The notes under the pieces were generated by a model. It did not search any database. It saw only the letters and a list, made by a program, of their open reading frames with translations, and was not told where the DNA came from. Positions 23,061 to 37,262 of a stretch of DNA of 64,000 bases are shown here, piece after piece (positions within the stretch are counted from its first letter, which is position 1; every line of letters starts with the position of its first letter). A program made the translations under genes and the position numbers. The DNA is taken from NCBI GenBank assembly GCA_002269645.1, contig NIVC01000197.1, positions 62,001 through 126,000 on the forward strand, read 5' to 3'. This DNA is from Macrostomum lignano. Taxonomy: Eukaryota.

Positions 23061-23519
23061 CTCTAGGTAAAAAAGCTTCAGTTTTGTTAGAAAAACATCA
23101 TATTGTAATTAATTAAGCCGTACCTACTTACTATTAGTCCATCGCCATAGAGTCACGTGACTTGCCTAGCCGTCATTTAAATTCGTGCGGCGAAATAATG
23201 TTACACCTGTTTTTACTCACTGCTGTCAATCAAACAGTAATTAGAGAGACAGTCCTGCCAAGAAGGCGTAATTGTGTCGTTTTTGAACTGCGCTATATTA
23301 AAATAAAAAAATTATTTAGAATTTTTATAAACAATTAGTTTAAATAACAGGTCTGTATAACCAACTGTTGTGTATTTTTGTGTAGCTGTTCTGTTATTTG
23401 TTTTACTAGCTGAATAAAATTTGAAATAAATTTCCCGCTCTTGTTTGATGTGACTCAAAACTCTGCAACTTGTTTGCAGGAGTTCTCTGCAACTTTTTTC
23501 TCTTTCAGACTGAAATCTT

Positions 23520-24645
23520 ATATGAGAATGATATGAGAATGATATGAGAATGATACGAGAGTGATATGAGAATGATATGAGAATGATATTAGAATAATAC
23601 GAAAATGATATGAGACTGATATGAGAATGATATGAGAATGATATGAGAATGATATGAGACTGATATGAGAATGATATGAGACTGATATGCGAATGATATG
23701 AGAGTGATATGAGAATGATATGAGAATGATATGAGAATGATATGAGAGTGATATGAGAATGATATGAGAGTGATATGAGAATTATATGAGAATGATATGA
23801 GAATGATATGAGAGTGATATGAGAATGATATGAGACTGATATGAGAATTATATGAGAATGGTACTAGAATTATATGAGAATGATATGAGAATGATATGAG
23901 ACTGATATGAGAATGATATGAGAGTGATATGAGAATGATATGAGAATGATATGAGAATGATATGAGAGTGATATGAGAATGATATGAGAGTGATATGAGA
24001 ATTATATGAGAATGATATGAGAATGATATGAGAGTGATATGAGAATGATATGAGACTGATATGAGAATTATATGAGAATGGTACTAGAATTATATGAGAA
24101 TGATATGAGAATGATATGAGACTGATATGAGAATGATATGAGAGTGATATGAGAATGATATGAGAATGATATGAGAATGATATGAGAGTGATATGAGAAT
24201 GATATGAGAGTGATATGAGAATTATATGAGAATGATGTGAGAATGATATGAGAGTGATATGAGAATGATATGAGACTGATATGAGAATTATATGAGAATG
24301 GTACTAGAATTATATGAGAATGATATGAGAATGATATGAGACTGATATGAGAATGATATGAGAGTGATATGAGAATGATATGAGAATGATATGAGAATGA
24401 TATGAGAGTGATATGAGAATGATATGAGAGTGATATGAGAATTATATGAGAATGATATGAGAATGATATGAGAGTGATATGAGAATGATATGAGAGTGAT
24501 ATGAGAATGATATGAGAGTGATATGAGAATTATATGAGAATGATATGAGAATGATATGAGAGTGATATGAGAATGATATGAGAATGATATGAGAATGATA
24601 TGAGAATGATATGAGACTGATATGAGAATGATATGAGAATGATAC
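23520..24645. repeat. 11-bp satellite (GATATGAGAAT) with 220-bp higher-order repeat
   Basis: Variant GTACTAGAAT at 23861, 24081 and 24301. Confidence 0.95.
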
Positions 24646-25079
24646 AGTAATTTCGGTTAAGAATGGTGTGAGAACAGATAGGTAATTAAAGTCCACAGAA
24701 GCTCATTTCAGACGCATCCCACCCTCCGTTTCACCTCTGCTGGCTCTTTGAAATCTAATCACATACCCTCGGTCTGCTTTGGCCAAGAAGCTCAGCTAGT
24801 CAGTTTGCGTGACAGCCGCTTCTGAAGGCCTACAAGTTGCTTCTTTTAATCTCTACAGCTTTGGTAGCCTCCCCTTTGCTTGCATTGCTTCAAGAAGCAT
24901 CGCGTCTTTCATATAAATCTTCTAGGGGATACTTGGATGCGAAGCCGAATATCACTGATTGATTTTTTTGCCGAGAAATTCTTTGAAGAGGCCGTCTTTG
25001 ATAAGGATTAACCCTACTGTTGCCAAAGAGTTGGATGATGAAACTGTACAGTGGATTGCATGATTGATTTTCTAGGGAT

Positions 25080-25325
25080 CAGAATGGGCATGAGAATGGG
25101 TATGAGGATGATATGAGGTGTTGAGAATGGGGATGAGAATGGGCTTGAGAATGGGGATGAGAATGGGCATGAGAATGGGGATGAGAATGGGGATAAGAAT
25201 GGGGATGAGAATTATGTTGAGAATGGGAGTGAGAATGTGGATGAGAATGGGGATGAGAATGATGTTGAGAATGTGGATGAGAATGGGGATGAGAATGATG
25301 TTGAGAATGGGGGTGAGTATGAAGA
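25080..25325. repeat. 12-bp satellite (GAGAATGGGGAT-like), related to the 11-mer
   Basis: Direct inspection. Confidence 0.85.
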
Positions 25326-26209
25326 TGAGCAGGCAAATATGAATTGTCTCTTAGTCAGGGTTCCAGAGAACTCGTTAGAAGCGAATTCCCTTCTCAGCAG
25401 CCAAAAAACAGACTCAGGCAAAGCTGCTTCCCCCGGAGACAGTCGGGCTCACCAAATCCCCAAGCGAGGCATCCCCAGTCATTTATCCCATCCGCTTCCC
25501 CAATCCCCCTGCCCCTATTCTCATTTGGTAATTGTCTCAGCATCCTATCCTGCTACATCCTAGGCCAAAGGAAATGCGTGTTTATCTACACAGAACTTCT
25601 AAGGGCAGTTGGGAGTTGGCCAAAGTCCATCTACATTGGTTTTCGTGTGTGTAATATGCATGCAAAATGTAGCATACAGTAAGCATTATTTTCCACATTA
25701 TTTATTTACGAGCTATTTATCCACGTCGTATGATAAACTATACAAAAAACGTTGATTATACTACTCTTCTTTAATTAGAAGTAGCTAGTTAAGGCAGTTC
25801 TTTTTAATGATAGTACAATAGTTTCCTAAATACGGTTGAACCCGCACCTATTTTACGGTTCATTACAAGGTCGGAAATCATTGAGGCCTGATTTATTAGG
25901 TAATTATGGCGGCTCAAGTTTCGGTCATAAAGGCGGTGTTGCCAACTGGAAAGTTATTATTTGGGTTAGTTTAGTGCAGTCAGTCACTGACTCTGACAAC
26001 TGCAAGCTTGAAGTGTTTGTTGCTAAATATAGACTCAGTGCATCAGTTCTAAAATTAAGCTTTGGTTCCGTTTGTGTAGGACCTGCTGTATGCTGTATAT
26101 AGCTTTGGGAACTGGGAGCTTCGGGAACTGGGCTGGAGACCCGCTCTGATAATTGCACTGCTGAGCCACCGCTGACAGCTACCACCGGCTCTGCGCAGGT
26201 GAGCAGATC

Positions 26210-27018
<809 letters not shown>

Positions 27019-27682
27019 ATGAGGCGTAGGCGTATGTACTACATAAGTTTATTCTTTCTAATATTGAAAAAGAGAAAGCCAAGCCAACAGCTGGTTGCAG
27101 CGGTGCTTGCAATCGTAAAACACATTGAAGTTTTCTGATTTTAAGCTCATTCAAATGCTTTTTCGTCTAGAAGAGCCGTTGGAGAACACAAGAAAGCACG
27201 GCTCAGTGGGCTTCTTCGTAGGAGTTTCATATTTTACAGTTTTTTTCTCAATCATGCAGCTGTTTGCAGTCGGTAGCAAGCATTTTAGGCAATGTCTGTA
27301 GTTTATATTGCAGCAATACAATCCTCTCCCATTTGGAATATGCGGTAAAAAATGCGAGCAGACTGTCTCAACTATACAATTTGCTAGAAAAGAATAAAGT
27401 GGCGTATGATTATTAGTGAGTTTCGTCAGTTTACAAAAACCGTGCTGGCTAAATTTAGCTATAAGGCACCGTGCAAGCACTGGGCGCATGCGGAATTTAT
27501 ATGTTTCCTAATTCTCGTAGTTGTGACAGGAATATTAAATTTCTATAGGAATTTAAATTTTGTCTCTCCAAATATATTTTCTAAAAGTTTCTATTTAACT
27601 TTCTACGCACTGCTGGATGCCCCTTTTTGTATTTGAATTTATTTGTAGTTTTAATAATTGTCATTTTCCAAAGATTAGATCG

Positions 27683-28846
27683 TTTGTGCTGTTGTTGCCT
27701 GTAGATTGTCTTGTTGCTTGTGCTGTTGTTGCCTGTAGATTGTCTTGTTGCTTGTGCTGTTGTTGCCTGTAGATTGTCTTGTTGCTTGTGCTGTTGTTGC
27801 CTGTAGATTGTCTTGTTGTTTTTGCTGTTGTTGCCTGTAGATTGTCTTGTTGGTTGTGCTGTTGTTGCCTGTAGATTGTCTTGTTGCTTGTGCTGTTGTT
27901 GCCTGTAGATTGTCTTGTTGCTTGTGCTGTTGTTGCCTGTAGATTGTCTTGTTGGTTGTGCTGTTGTTGCCTGTAGATTGTCTTGTTGGTTGTGCTGTTG
28001 TTGCCTGTAGATTGTCTTGTTGGTTGTACTGTTGTTGCCTGTAGATTGTCTTGTTGTTTTTGCTGTTGTTGCCTGTAGATTGTCTTGTTGTTTTTGCTGT
28101 TGTTGCCTGTAGATTGTCTTGTTGGTTGTGCTGTTGTTGCCTGTAGATTGTCTTGTTGGTTGTGCTGTTGTTGTTTGTAGATTGTCTTGTTGGTTGTACT
28201 GTTGTTGCCTGTAGATTGTCTTGTTGATTGTGCTGTTGTTGCCTGTAGATTGTCTTGTTGGTTGTGCTGTTGTTGCCTGTAGATTGTCTTGTTGGTTGTG
28301 CTGTTGTTGCCTGTAGATTGTCTTGTTTCTTGTGCTGTTGTTGCCTGTAGATTGTCTTGTTGATTGTGCTGTTGTTGCCTGTAGATTGTCTTGTTGGTTG
28401 TGCTGTTGTTGCCTGTAAATTGTCTTGTTGGTTGTGCTGTTGTTGCCTGTAGATTGTCTTGTTGGTTGTGCTGTTGTTGCCTGTAGATTGTCTTGTTGGT
28501 TGTGCTGTTGTTGCCTGTAGATTGTCTTGTTGGTTGTACTGTTGTTGCCTGTAGATTGTCTTGTTGATTGTGCTGTTGTTGCCTGTAGATTGTCTTGTTG
28601 GTTGTGCTGTTGTTGCCTGTAGATTGTCTTGTTGGTTGTGCTGTTGTTGCCTGTAGATTGTCTTGTTTCTTGTGCTGTTGTTGCCTGTAGATTGTCTTGT
28701 TGATTGTGCTGTTGTTGCCTGTAGATTGTCTTGTTGGTTGTGCTGTTGTTGCCTGTAAATTGTCTTGTTGGTTGTGCTGTTGTTGCCTGTAGATTGTCTT
28801 GTTGGTTGTGCTGTTGTTGCCTGTAGATTGTCTTGTTGGTTGTGCT
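27683..28846. repeat. 34-bp minisatellite (TGCTGTTGTTGCCTGTAGATTGTCTTGTTGGTTG)
   Basis: Direct tandem repeat, about 34 copies. Confidence 0.96.
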
Positions 28847-30280
28847 TGTTGATTTTTTATATCTGGAGTCTTATTGTTGGCGGTGTGCCATGAGCAACAT
28901 GTGGGAGGTATACATTGTCTGGATTTGAATGGCTCTACAGGTAGAAGTCTGGGTTATGTATAAACTACGCTCGTAGACGCTTCGAAGGCGTACTCATATT
29001 TTGAGGAAATTGCAATTGCCGCGCCCAGTGCAGAACGAAAAATGGGATTATAGAGAAGTCAATAAAGTGTTATTGTCATGCGATCTTAAGCTTCTTTATT
29101 ATCTTCAGGAAAGGCAAGCTTTCTGCTTTTTGTCAAGCAAGCTGGAATCAGTGCCTGAGAACTTTCCATACCTATTGCTTTCTGCCTAGCTGAGAGCCTG
29201 GCCGTTCATGTCGGGAAAGGAATTCAAACTTGGCAAGTTTTCCCCATTCTGTCTCTTGTCTGCAGTCAGCTCCTCCTCAGCGCGGGGGCTGAGGGGGGGG
29301 GAGGCCACGAAATTCTCCCCGATCCTCAAGCAGTATACGCCAGTTCCGATCCGGGAGCTTAATTTATTGATCGGAAAAGTCGCCCACTCTCCCGCTTTGA
29401 GCAGTCTCGGGAATCGGTCCTCTGGGGGTGAGTTCACTGCAGTTGTCACATGATCTCACAGACACACCAAGCACTGCTGCGATCTCATTTTGGATTGTTT
29501 CAAAGCTCAACAGCAACTTTAAGCAGCAATAATCCAGTCTGATTGAAACAAAACTCTTTATCGATAGCTAAATTGTTTAAATGGCAACAGAAAAAAAGCA
29601 GATTGCATTGTGGCTAGTTTGTATTTCAATATGGAAGCCCCCGATAGTCAATTTATACACAATATTTGGCTGTTTCAAGCAAAATATTACGAGTTTATGG
29701 AAGGTAGGCACAGTGCTGCAGTATTTCCATGGTGAGGCATTCATTAGGCTTTTCAACTTGAAAAAATGCACAAAAATCGCAGGCTCCACAGTCACTGGCA
29801 CTTTGCAGCACCTGAACTCAGACATGGGAAGGATGTTGCCATAGCAACTGTCTGGGTAATTAGCATGGCTAAAAAAGTAAATCATAGGCAATAAATCTGA
29901 TTGGCATAAATTTAATAAGGCAGGTGTGTAATCAGCAAAGCACTGATTTCTTGGCAAGGCACTTAATTAGAAATTAGGTCAAAACTAGTCTGGAAAATAT
30001 CGGGCATGGATAGATTGGGTTGGTTAATTCAAGCTGCATAGAAGTAGCCATAAAGGTAGCTGGTATTGCAAGACCGATCACGACAAAAATTCAGTAAAAT
30101 GGCATTTCAGGGCAAAGTATTACATTCAGACAATCGTGTTTTTATCTTAACAATCGTTGGCCGAATCTCTGGAATCCCAGTGTGTTTGTGTCTCTGTACA
30201 TTGGGAGATATGCAAGCAGCAGTTCGTAGCAGTCTTCGTCACTTGATGATTTACGACGCGGAGCCAGAGGCAGTCTGCAA

Positions 30281-30754
30281 CAGGGGTCGGCAAACTCCGG
30301 CCTCGGGCCACGTGCGGCTCCCGCAAAGCCTCTCTATCCGGCCCTCGGGGTCCTTTGAAGCTTCACAAAAGCAATCCAGCCCGCTCAGGGCTTGTGTCGC
30401 TGCTCAGCTCTCTTCTCTCTAATAGACGCTTTTCTATCCTTTTCTCTCTCACTTCTATCCTCTCTCTTCTCTTCTCTTCTCTCCTCACCCTCCTCTCCTC
30501 TTCTCTCCCCTCCTCTCCTCTCCCCTCCTCTCCTCTCCCTCCTCTCCTCTCTCCTCCTCTTCTCTCCTCCTCTTCTCTCCCTCCTCTTCTCCCCTCCTCT
30601 CCTCTCCTCTCCTCGTCTCTCCTCTCCTTTCTTCTATATGTCTCTTCTCTATTCCCTTTGACCCCCTCCTCTCTCTCCTCCCCTGGCCCGCAGTCGTGCA
30701 CTATAGTATGGATTCTCTGCCTGGCCCTGAGGTAGAAAAGCTTGCCAACCCCTG
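30281..30754. mobile_element. Non-autonomous hAT (Charlie/MER1-like) element, 474 bp, containing a CT-rich tract
   Basis: TIRs CAGGGGTCGGCAAAC / GCTTGCCAACCCCTG; 8-bp TSD GTCTGCAA (30273-30280) / GTCTGCGA (30755-30762). Confidence 0.85.
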
Positions 30755-30979
30755 GTCTGCGACAACCCAGTTCGAAGAGAGGCGGCTGCATCGGACAGCT
30801 GTCCAGTTCGCTGGCACCGCACCGCAGCTTACGCCGACCGTGCCTGCGCTCGTTCCGAATGATTCAGGTCGATTGCGCTCAAACAGTCTGTTTAAACAGA
30901 TTGGTTTTATCTTCTCTCACCCAAGACACACCGAACTGACTCACTATAGATGAAGAGGAAAGACGCTGAGCTTCTCAGG

Positions 30980-33227
30980 TCAAACGGAGCACTCGGCTGG
31001 TGGCGCGGTCGGCAGTCTGAGGTCAGCTCCGGGCGACGAAGGCGTCTGCGCCTCGGCGACATCCTCGCTGAGTGTTTGCAAACCTCTGCGCTGGCCGTTG
31101 CGCCTGTTCAAGCTGCTGGAGCTGTTGCACTTGGCCACCAGCGGCATCAGCTGCGGATCCGACGGCAGGTTCGGCGGCAGCCGGCCGTTCTCGTTGCGGT
31201 GCCGATGGCGCCGACCAGCGCTGCCGGCCTCGCTGACTACTTCGTCCAGCTGCTCCCGATATGACGCATTGTAGATGCTGAACAGCTCCGTGCACATGTC
31301 CGTCACCACCACCTCGCCAGCGTTCAGCACCAGCATGTGCACCAGGAAGACGCCATCAAAGCGGAGAAACTCGCGGCAGAACTCCAGGCCAGCATCAATG
31401 CTGCCGGATTTCTCTTTGCTGACGGCGCCGCTCAGCCTGAGGTGCTTGATCACCGTGCTGCTGCGTCCGTATGCGCTGCAGAAGCGGAACAGCCACAGCG
31501 GCACGCTGAGCACATTCATCAAGAGCAGGAACACGAACCAGAACCATAGAAAGATGTACAGCTTCTCGTGGATCATGTTCACCGGCAGGGCGCACTGGGC
31601 GAAGATGAACTGGGATGAGCTGGCCTGCCTGGTCTCGATGGCGCAGCAGCCGGAGCGCGGGAAGACGCCGGTGTTCTGCCAGTCCCGGCCCTGCAGCAGG
31701 TCCCTCAGCAGGTCAGCGCCAAATGTCGATGTGATTCTCAGCAGGCTGCTGTTCTTGTTCTCTGGCAGCTCAGTCAGCTGCAGCAGGCGGGTCATGAGCA
31801 CCAGCTGTCCGGCCGCGTTGCAGATGTAGAACAGCTTCACCAATAGGTAGACAATGATGAGCCAGGTGCCCAGCCGCTTGGACCACAGCAGGCCGGGCGC
31901 CCAGTTGAGGACAAAGTCGCGCACAGTTTTGCACTTGCCATACTTGTGAATCGGCATGTTGCCGCGGATCCACAGCTCGATCTGGCGGCACAGGTGCTTC
32001 ATGAGCTTCTCGCGCCTGTCGCCCTCGGCCTTCTGCAGTTCCACCGTCTGGCGGACCAGCTGGGTGAGGTCTGTGCCGGAGCGGTTGTTGATGAACAGGT
32101 ACCAGACTATGCGGGGCGCGTAGCACAGAACGCCTTGCAGGCCGAGCACAAACGGCAGCCATTGGTAATAATAGATCTTCTTGTCCTTGTAGGCCTCCAT
32201 CCAGCGTGGATTCTCGTTGTCAACTTTGAACTCGGCCAGTGGGACATTGTAAGTGCCCTCTGTGTAGCAGTAGTTGGTTATGTAGGCCGCCTGGCCTTCG
32301 TGCGACCCGACGATGTTGGGGATGTAGCAGATGATCGGCTGGAGAAAGTACGTCTTGACTGTAGTGACTGTGCTCATCAATAGCAGTAGCCACACTGGAA
32401 TATCATCATAGGGAAAGATTTTGTGTCTGCAAAAGTACTTTTTGTAAGCTAAAATAGCAGCACCCTAGCTTGAGTGCGTGGGCGGTGGCAGGATTTTGGA
32501 AGATCGGTTATAAAAATTCGTCACTTACCGGTAGTAACGGAAATAAGGCCCAGAGTAACGCTCCGACTTAACCAGTCCGCCTTCGGATTTTAATTGGAGT
32601 AGACACCAGACTCAAGGGGCGCCAGTATTTGGTGTCTTGGTGGCGCTTCTGTCTCTTGGTGGCGCCCTCTGTCTTCTAGTGGGCACCCCTGTCTCCTGGT
32701 GGTTGTCCCTGTCTCTTGGTGGGTTTCACTGTCTCTTGTTGGGTGTCCTGTCTCCTGGTGGTTGTCTCTGTCTGCTGGTGGGTGTCCCTGTCTCCTGGTG
32801 GGTGTCCTGTCTCTTGGTGGGTGTCCTGTCTCTTGGTGGGTGTCCTGTCTCTTGGTGGGTGTCCTGTCTCTTGGTGGGTGTCCCTGCCTCCTGGTGGTTG
32901 TCCCTGTCTCCTGGTGGGTGTCCCTGTCTCCTGGTGGGTGTCCCTGTCTCCTGGTGGGTGTCCCTGTCTCCTGGTGGGTGTCCCTGTCTCCTGGTGGGTG
33001 TCCCTGTCTCTTGGTGGGTTACTCTTGGTGGTCCTGTCTCCTTCTCAGTCTTCTTCTCTCCTCTCTCCTCTCCTCCATTCCCTCCCCTTTCCCCTCTCGC
33101 CTGTGGAGTGCCAAGCCTGCGACTCACCCGTGATTAGGAAGTTGAGCCGATCAAACCAGTCATCCAGGCCGACATAAGTCAGCACCTCCATCTTGCTCAT
33201 GCGGTCCAGAAACTCCTGAACAACCAT
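30980..33227 (-). CDS. Innexin (gap-junction/hemichannel protein), complement(join(30980..32394,33128..33227)), 504 aa
   Basis: GLDDWFDRLNFLIT|VWLL, ICYIP...YCYTEG, YYQWLPFVLGLQG, FPR..C..QCALPVNMIHEKLYIFLWFW, FLRFDGVF. Phase-1 GT-AG intron. Confidence 0.95.
32630..33030. repeat. 20-bp minisatellite (TGTCCCTGTCTCCTGGTGGG) in the innexin-1 intron
   Basis: Direct tandem repeat; reverse complement resembles 17115-17535. Confidence 0.9.
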
Positions 33228-33846
33228 GGTCAAGCTGGTCTGCTTCTGGGGTTGAAGTCAAAAAAGTCAGAAGGAAGACGATGAGTCTGTGTTGCAGTTT
33301 GCCGGAGAAGTGTCTGTCAGTAGAGCAGTGAGCAGAGTAGTCCAGTTCCAAACGAACTCGCGGTAATTCGCATCGAGAATGCCTGCCGGACACTGCAGAA
33401 TGGCACAGCAGTATTAAACGGTGGCATTTAAGCTTCTAAATTAGGGAAATCTGAAGCCACACTATTAGTTAAATAATACTCGTATATTTCTTCTCTGCAC
33501 AGTTCCCAAGCTCCCAAGTTAAGCTTTTGTTTGACTAAAAATACCTTTTGAATCCCCTGTGCAGACTGGAAGCAGATGGTCAGCCACTCAGCGCTTGAGC
33601 AGCTAATAAAGCCAGTCCATACTCTTCTTGGTGGCGTTGCCTTGTCCTCGATTGCCCCCCCCGTCAATCTGAGTAATCGGGTTCCCAACTCAAGGACACC
33701 GGATGCTTTTTGGCTCCCACGAGTCTTTAGCTAGCAGAAGCATTGAGTTTTTATTATTTATTTTCGTCTGCCTGAATTCAGTCCGTTTGGATTTACAGCG
33801 GAACTCCTTCAGGTGAGCTCAATCAACCCACTTCATAGTCAAAAAG

Positions 33847-34492
<646 letters not shown>

Positions 34493-35309
34493 ACAACAAT
34501 TTAGTAAAATTGGCTCTTAGTCAAAAGAAATAAATCCCTTACCTTTATGGGCCCCTTTGGCAAAATTCTGGAACAGGAAAGGTTTCGTCAGCCAAACTGC
34601 ACAAACACGCAATGGAATGAACTAAATATTAGTGAGGACAATTATATGGCTAAGCCAATGGCCTCTGCTCACTCCCCTTACTACACTCACTCCTGGGTTG
34701 AGCAGACTGTGAAATATTCTCCACTTGGGAAGCAACCAGAGAAACAAAGTATTGGCTTAGCTGGGAGGCGAGTTTCCACCGAAGGTGTACACACGGGGCG
34801 CAGGTGCGGGATCAGCCAGTATTGAGCGGAGCGAGAGAGTTGGGTTATTCCTCCTGCTCCTCTAGTTGAACTTGAATCGATTGATCGGCTTTCAGTCGCT
34901 CGAGTTAGAAACTCTGCAGCTTTGCTGTCCGACTGTACATGCGCGCCATTGAATTCCTGGGGCCAGCCAGACAGGCGCAATCTCTCTCTCGCTGTGTAGA
35001 AACTGAGAGTAGACAGACTGCAGCAAAAATCGATAAAATTTTAAGCGTCAATAGGCGACACTGTTTGATTCTCAAATCCGGCAGTTTGCCCCGCTGCCCC
35101 CGCTAAATTCTGTATTTTCGCTGGAATTTAACTTACTATTTTTAATCTTCCTTTCACTGTGTATAGTAAGTGCGTGTGTACACACTTACCTGGCTTCCAA
35201 CCTGCTGACTGTTGAGTACCGCTTCTCAAAACCTCTGTTGTATGAAATTCATGGGCCAAGATTCATGCCACACAAAGACTTGAATTTCACATCACATAAA
35301 TTTCAATTC

Positions 35310-36355
35310 ACATCTTATGAAGATTTGGTTTGTGTCAAATTCAGATCTCATGAAGATTTGGCGCTATCAAATTGAGATCTCATGAAGATTTGGCGCTGTC
35401 AAATTCAGATCTCATGAAGATTTTGCGCTGTCAAATTCAGATCTCATGAAGATTTGGCGCTGTCAAATTCAGATCTCATGAAGATTTGGCGCTGTCAAAT
35501 TCAGATCTCATGAAGATTTTGCGCTGTCAAATTCAGATCTCATGAAGATTTTGCGCTGTCAAATTCAGATCTCATGAAGATTTGGCGCTGTCAAATTCAG
35601 ATCTCATGAAGATTTGGCGCTGTCAAATTCAAATCTCATGAAGATTTGGTTTGTGTCAAATTCAGATCTCATGAAGATTTTGCGCTGTCAAATTCAGATC
35701 TCATGAAGATTTGGCGCTGTCAAATTCAAATCTCATGAAGATTTGGCGCTGTCAAATTCAGATCTCATGAAGATTTGGCGCTGTCAAATTCAGATCTCAT
35801 GAAGATTTTGCGCTGTCAAATTCAGATCTCATGAAGATTTTGCGCTGTCAAATTCAGATCTCATGAAGATTTGGCGCTGTCAAATTCAGATCTCATGAAG
35901 ATTTGGTTTGTGTCAAATTCAGATCTCATGAAGATTTGGTTTGTGTCAAATTCAGATCTCATGAAGATTTGGTTTGTGTCAAATTCAGATCTCATGAAGA
36001 TTTTGCGCTGTCAAATTCAGATCTCATGAAGATTTTGCGCTGTCAAATTCAGATCTCATGAAGATTTGGCGCTGTCAAATTCAGATCTCATGAAGATTTG
36101 GCGCTGTCAAATTCAGATCTCATGAAGATTTTGCGCTGTCAAATTCAGATCTCATGAAGATTTGGCGCTGTCAAATTCAAATCTCATGAAGATTTGGCGC
36201 TGTCAAATTCAGATCTCATGAAGATTTGGCGCTGTCAAATTCAGATCTCATGAAGATTTTGCGCTGTCAAATTCAGATCTCATGAAGATTTGGCGCCGTC
36301 AAATTCAGATCTCATGAAGATTTGGCGCTGTCAAATTCAGATCTCATGAAGATTT
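35310..36355. repeat. 32-bp minisatellite (TGTCAAATTCAGATCTCATGAAGATTTGGCGC)
   Basis: Direct tandem repeat. Confidence 0.96.
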
Positions 36356-36704
36356 AGACATGAGAGTGGATACATGTGCGAGCTATATAACTTTTAGATG
36401 ATGGGAAATTTCGATCTTGTGAGAGCACAAGTTTGTTTTCGAAACTGATATAAAAATTTCGATGCAGAAAATTGCAATATTAATCGACAGTTTTCTGACC
36501 TCCGGAGCGAGACAGTTTGATTGACGCGACATCAACGAAACGGAACGAACTATTGAAATCTGTCAATTACTATATAGTTCAAATATAACTTTATTGCATA
36601 GCAACTATTTACATGTAATCCCAGCTTGAAAAAGTACAATAGTGTATGCGTTTTCACTATTTTATTTCATTTTTAGAATAAGTTGTGAGCGAGAGACATA
36701 AATA

Positions 36705-37262
36705 TGCCAGTCCGGAATCTGCGCGCTTGTGCCAGTCCGGAATCTGCGCACTTGGGCCAGTCCGGAATCTGCGCAACTTGGGCCAGTCCGGAATCTGCGC
36801 ACTCGGGCCAGTCCGGAATCTGCGCACTTGGGCCAGTCCGGAATCTGCGCGCTTGGGCCAGTCCGGAATCTGCGCGCTTGGGCCAGTCCGGAATCTGCGC
36901 GCTTGTGCCAGTCCGGCAGTCCAGAATCTGCGCACTTGGGCCAGTCCGGAATCTGCGCGCTTGTGCCAGTCCGGCAGTCCAGAATCTGCGCACTTGGGCC
37001 AGTCCGGAATCTGCGCGCTTGTGCCAGTCCGGCAGTCCAGAATCTGCGCACTTGGGCCAGTCCGGAATCTGCGCACTTGGGCCAGTCCGGAATCTGCGCG
37101 CTTGTGCCAGTCCGGCAGTCCAGAATCTGCGCGCTTGTGCCAGTCCGGAATCTGCGCGCTTGGGCCAGTCCGGAATCTGCGCGCTTGTGCCAGTCCGGCA
37201 GTCCAGAATCTGCGCGCTTGTGCCAGTCCGGAATCTGCGCGCTTGTGCCAGTCCGGAATCGC
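36705..37262. repeat. 25-bp minisatellite (CCAGTCCGGAATCTGCGCACTTGGG) with expanded variants
   Basis: Direct tandem repeat; the six overlapping ORFs here are translations of it. Confidence 0.93.

Noticed and set aside
23152-23161. Perfect palindrome GTCACGTGAC (E-box/CLEAR-like)
   Set aside because: Single occurrence downstream of the GPCR, with no promoter context.
29577-29957. Possible transposase relic (PNIVYKLTIGGFHIE)
   Set aside because: One short motif only, with no termini or other catalytic residues recognisable.
32521-32600. Extra innexin-1 exon ending at a perfect donor (ACCG|GTAAGT, minus strand)
   Set aside because: Exons 1 and 2 already join in frame; the candidate has no ATG and its plausible length (52 nt) would shift the frame.
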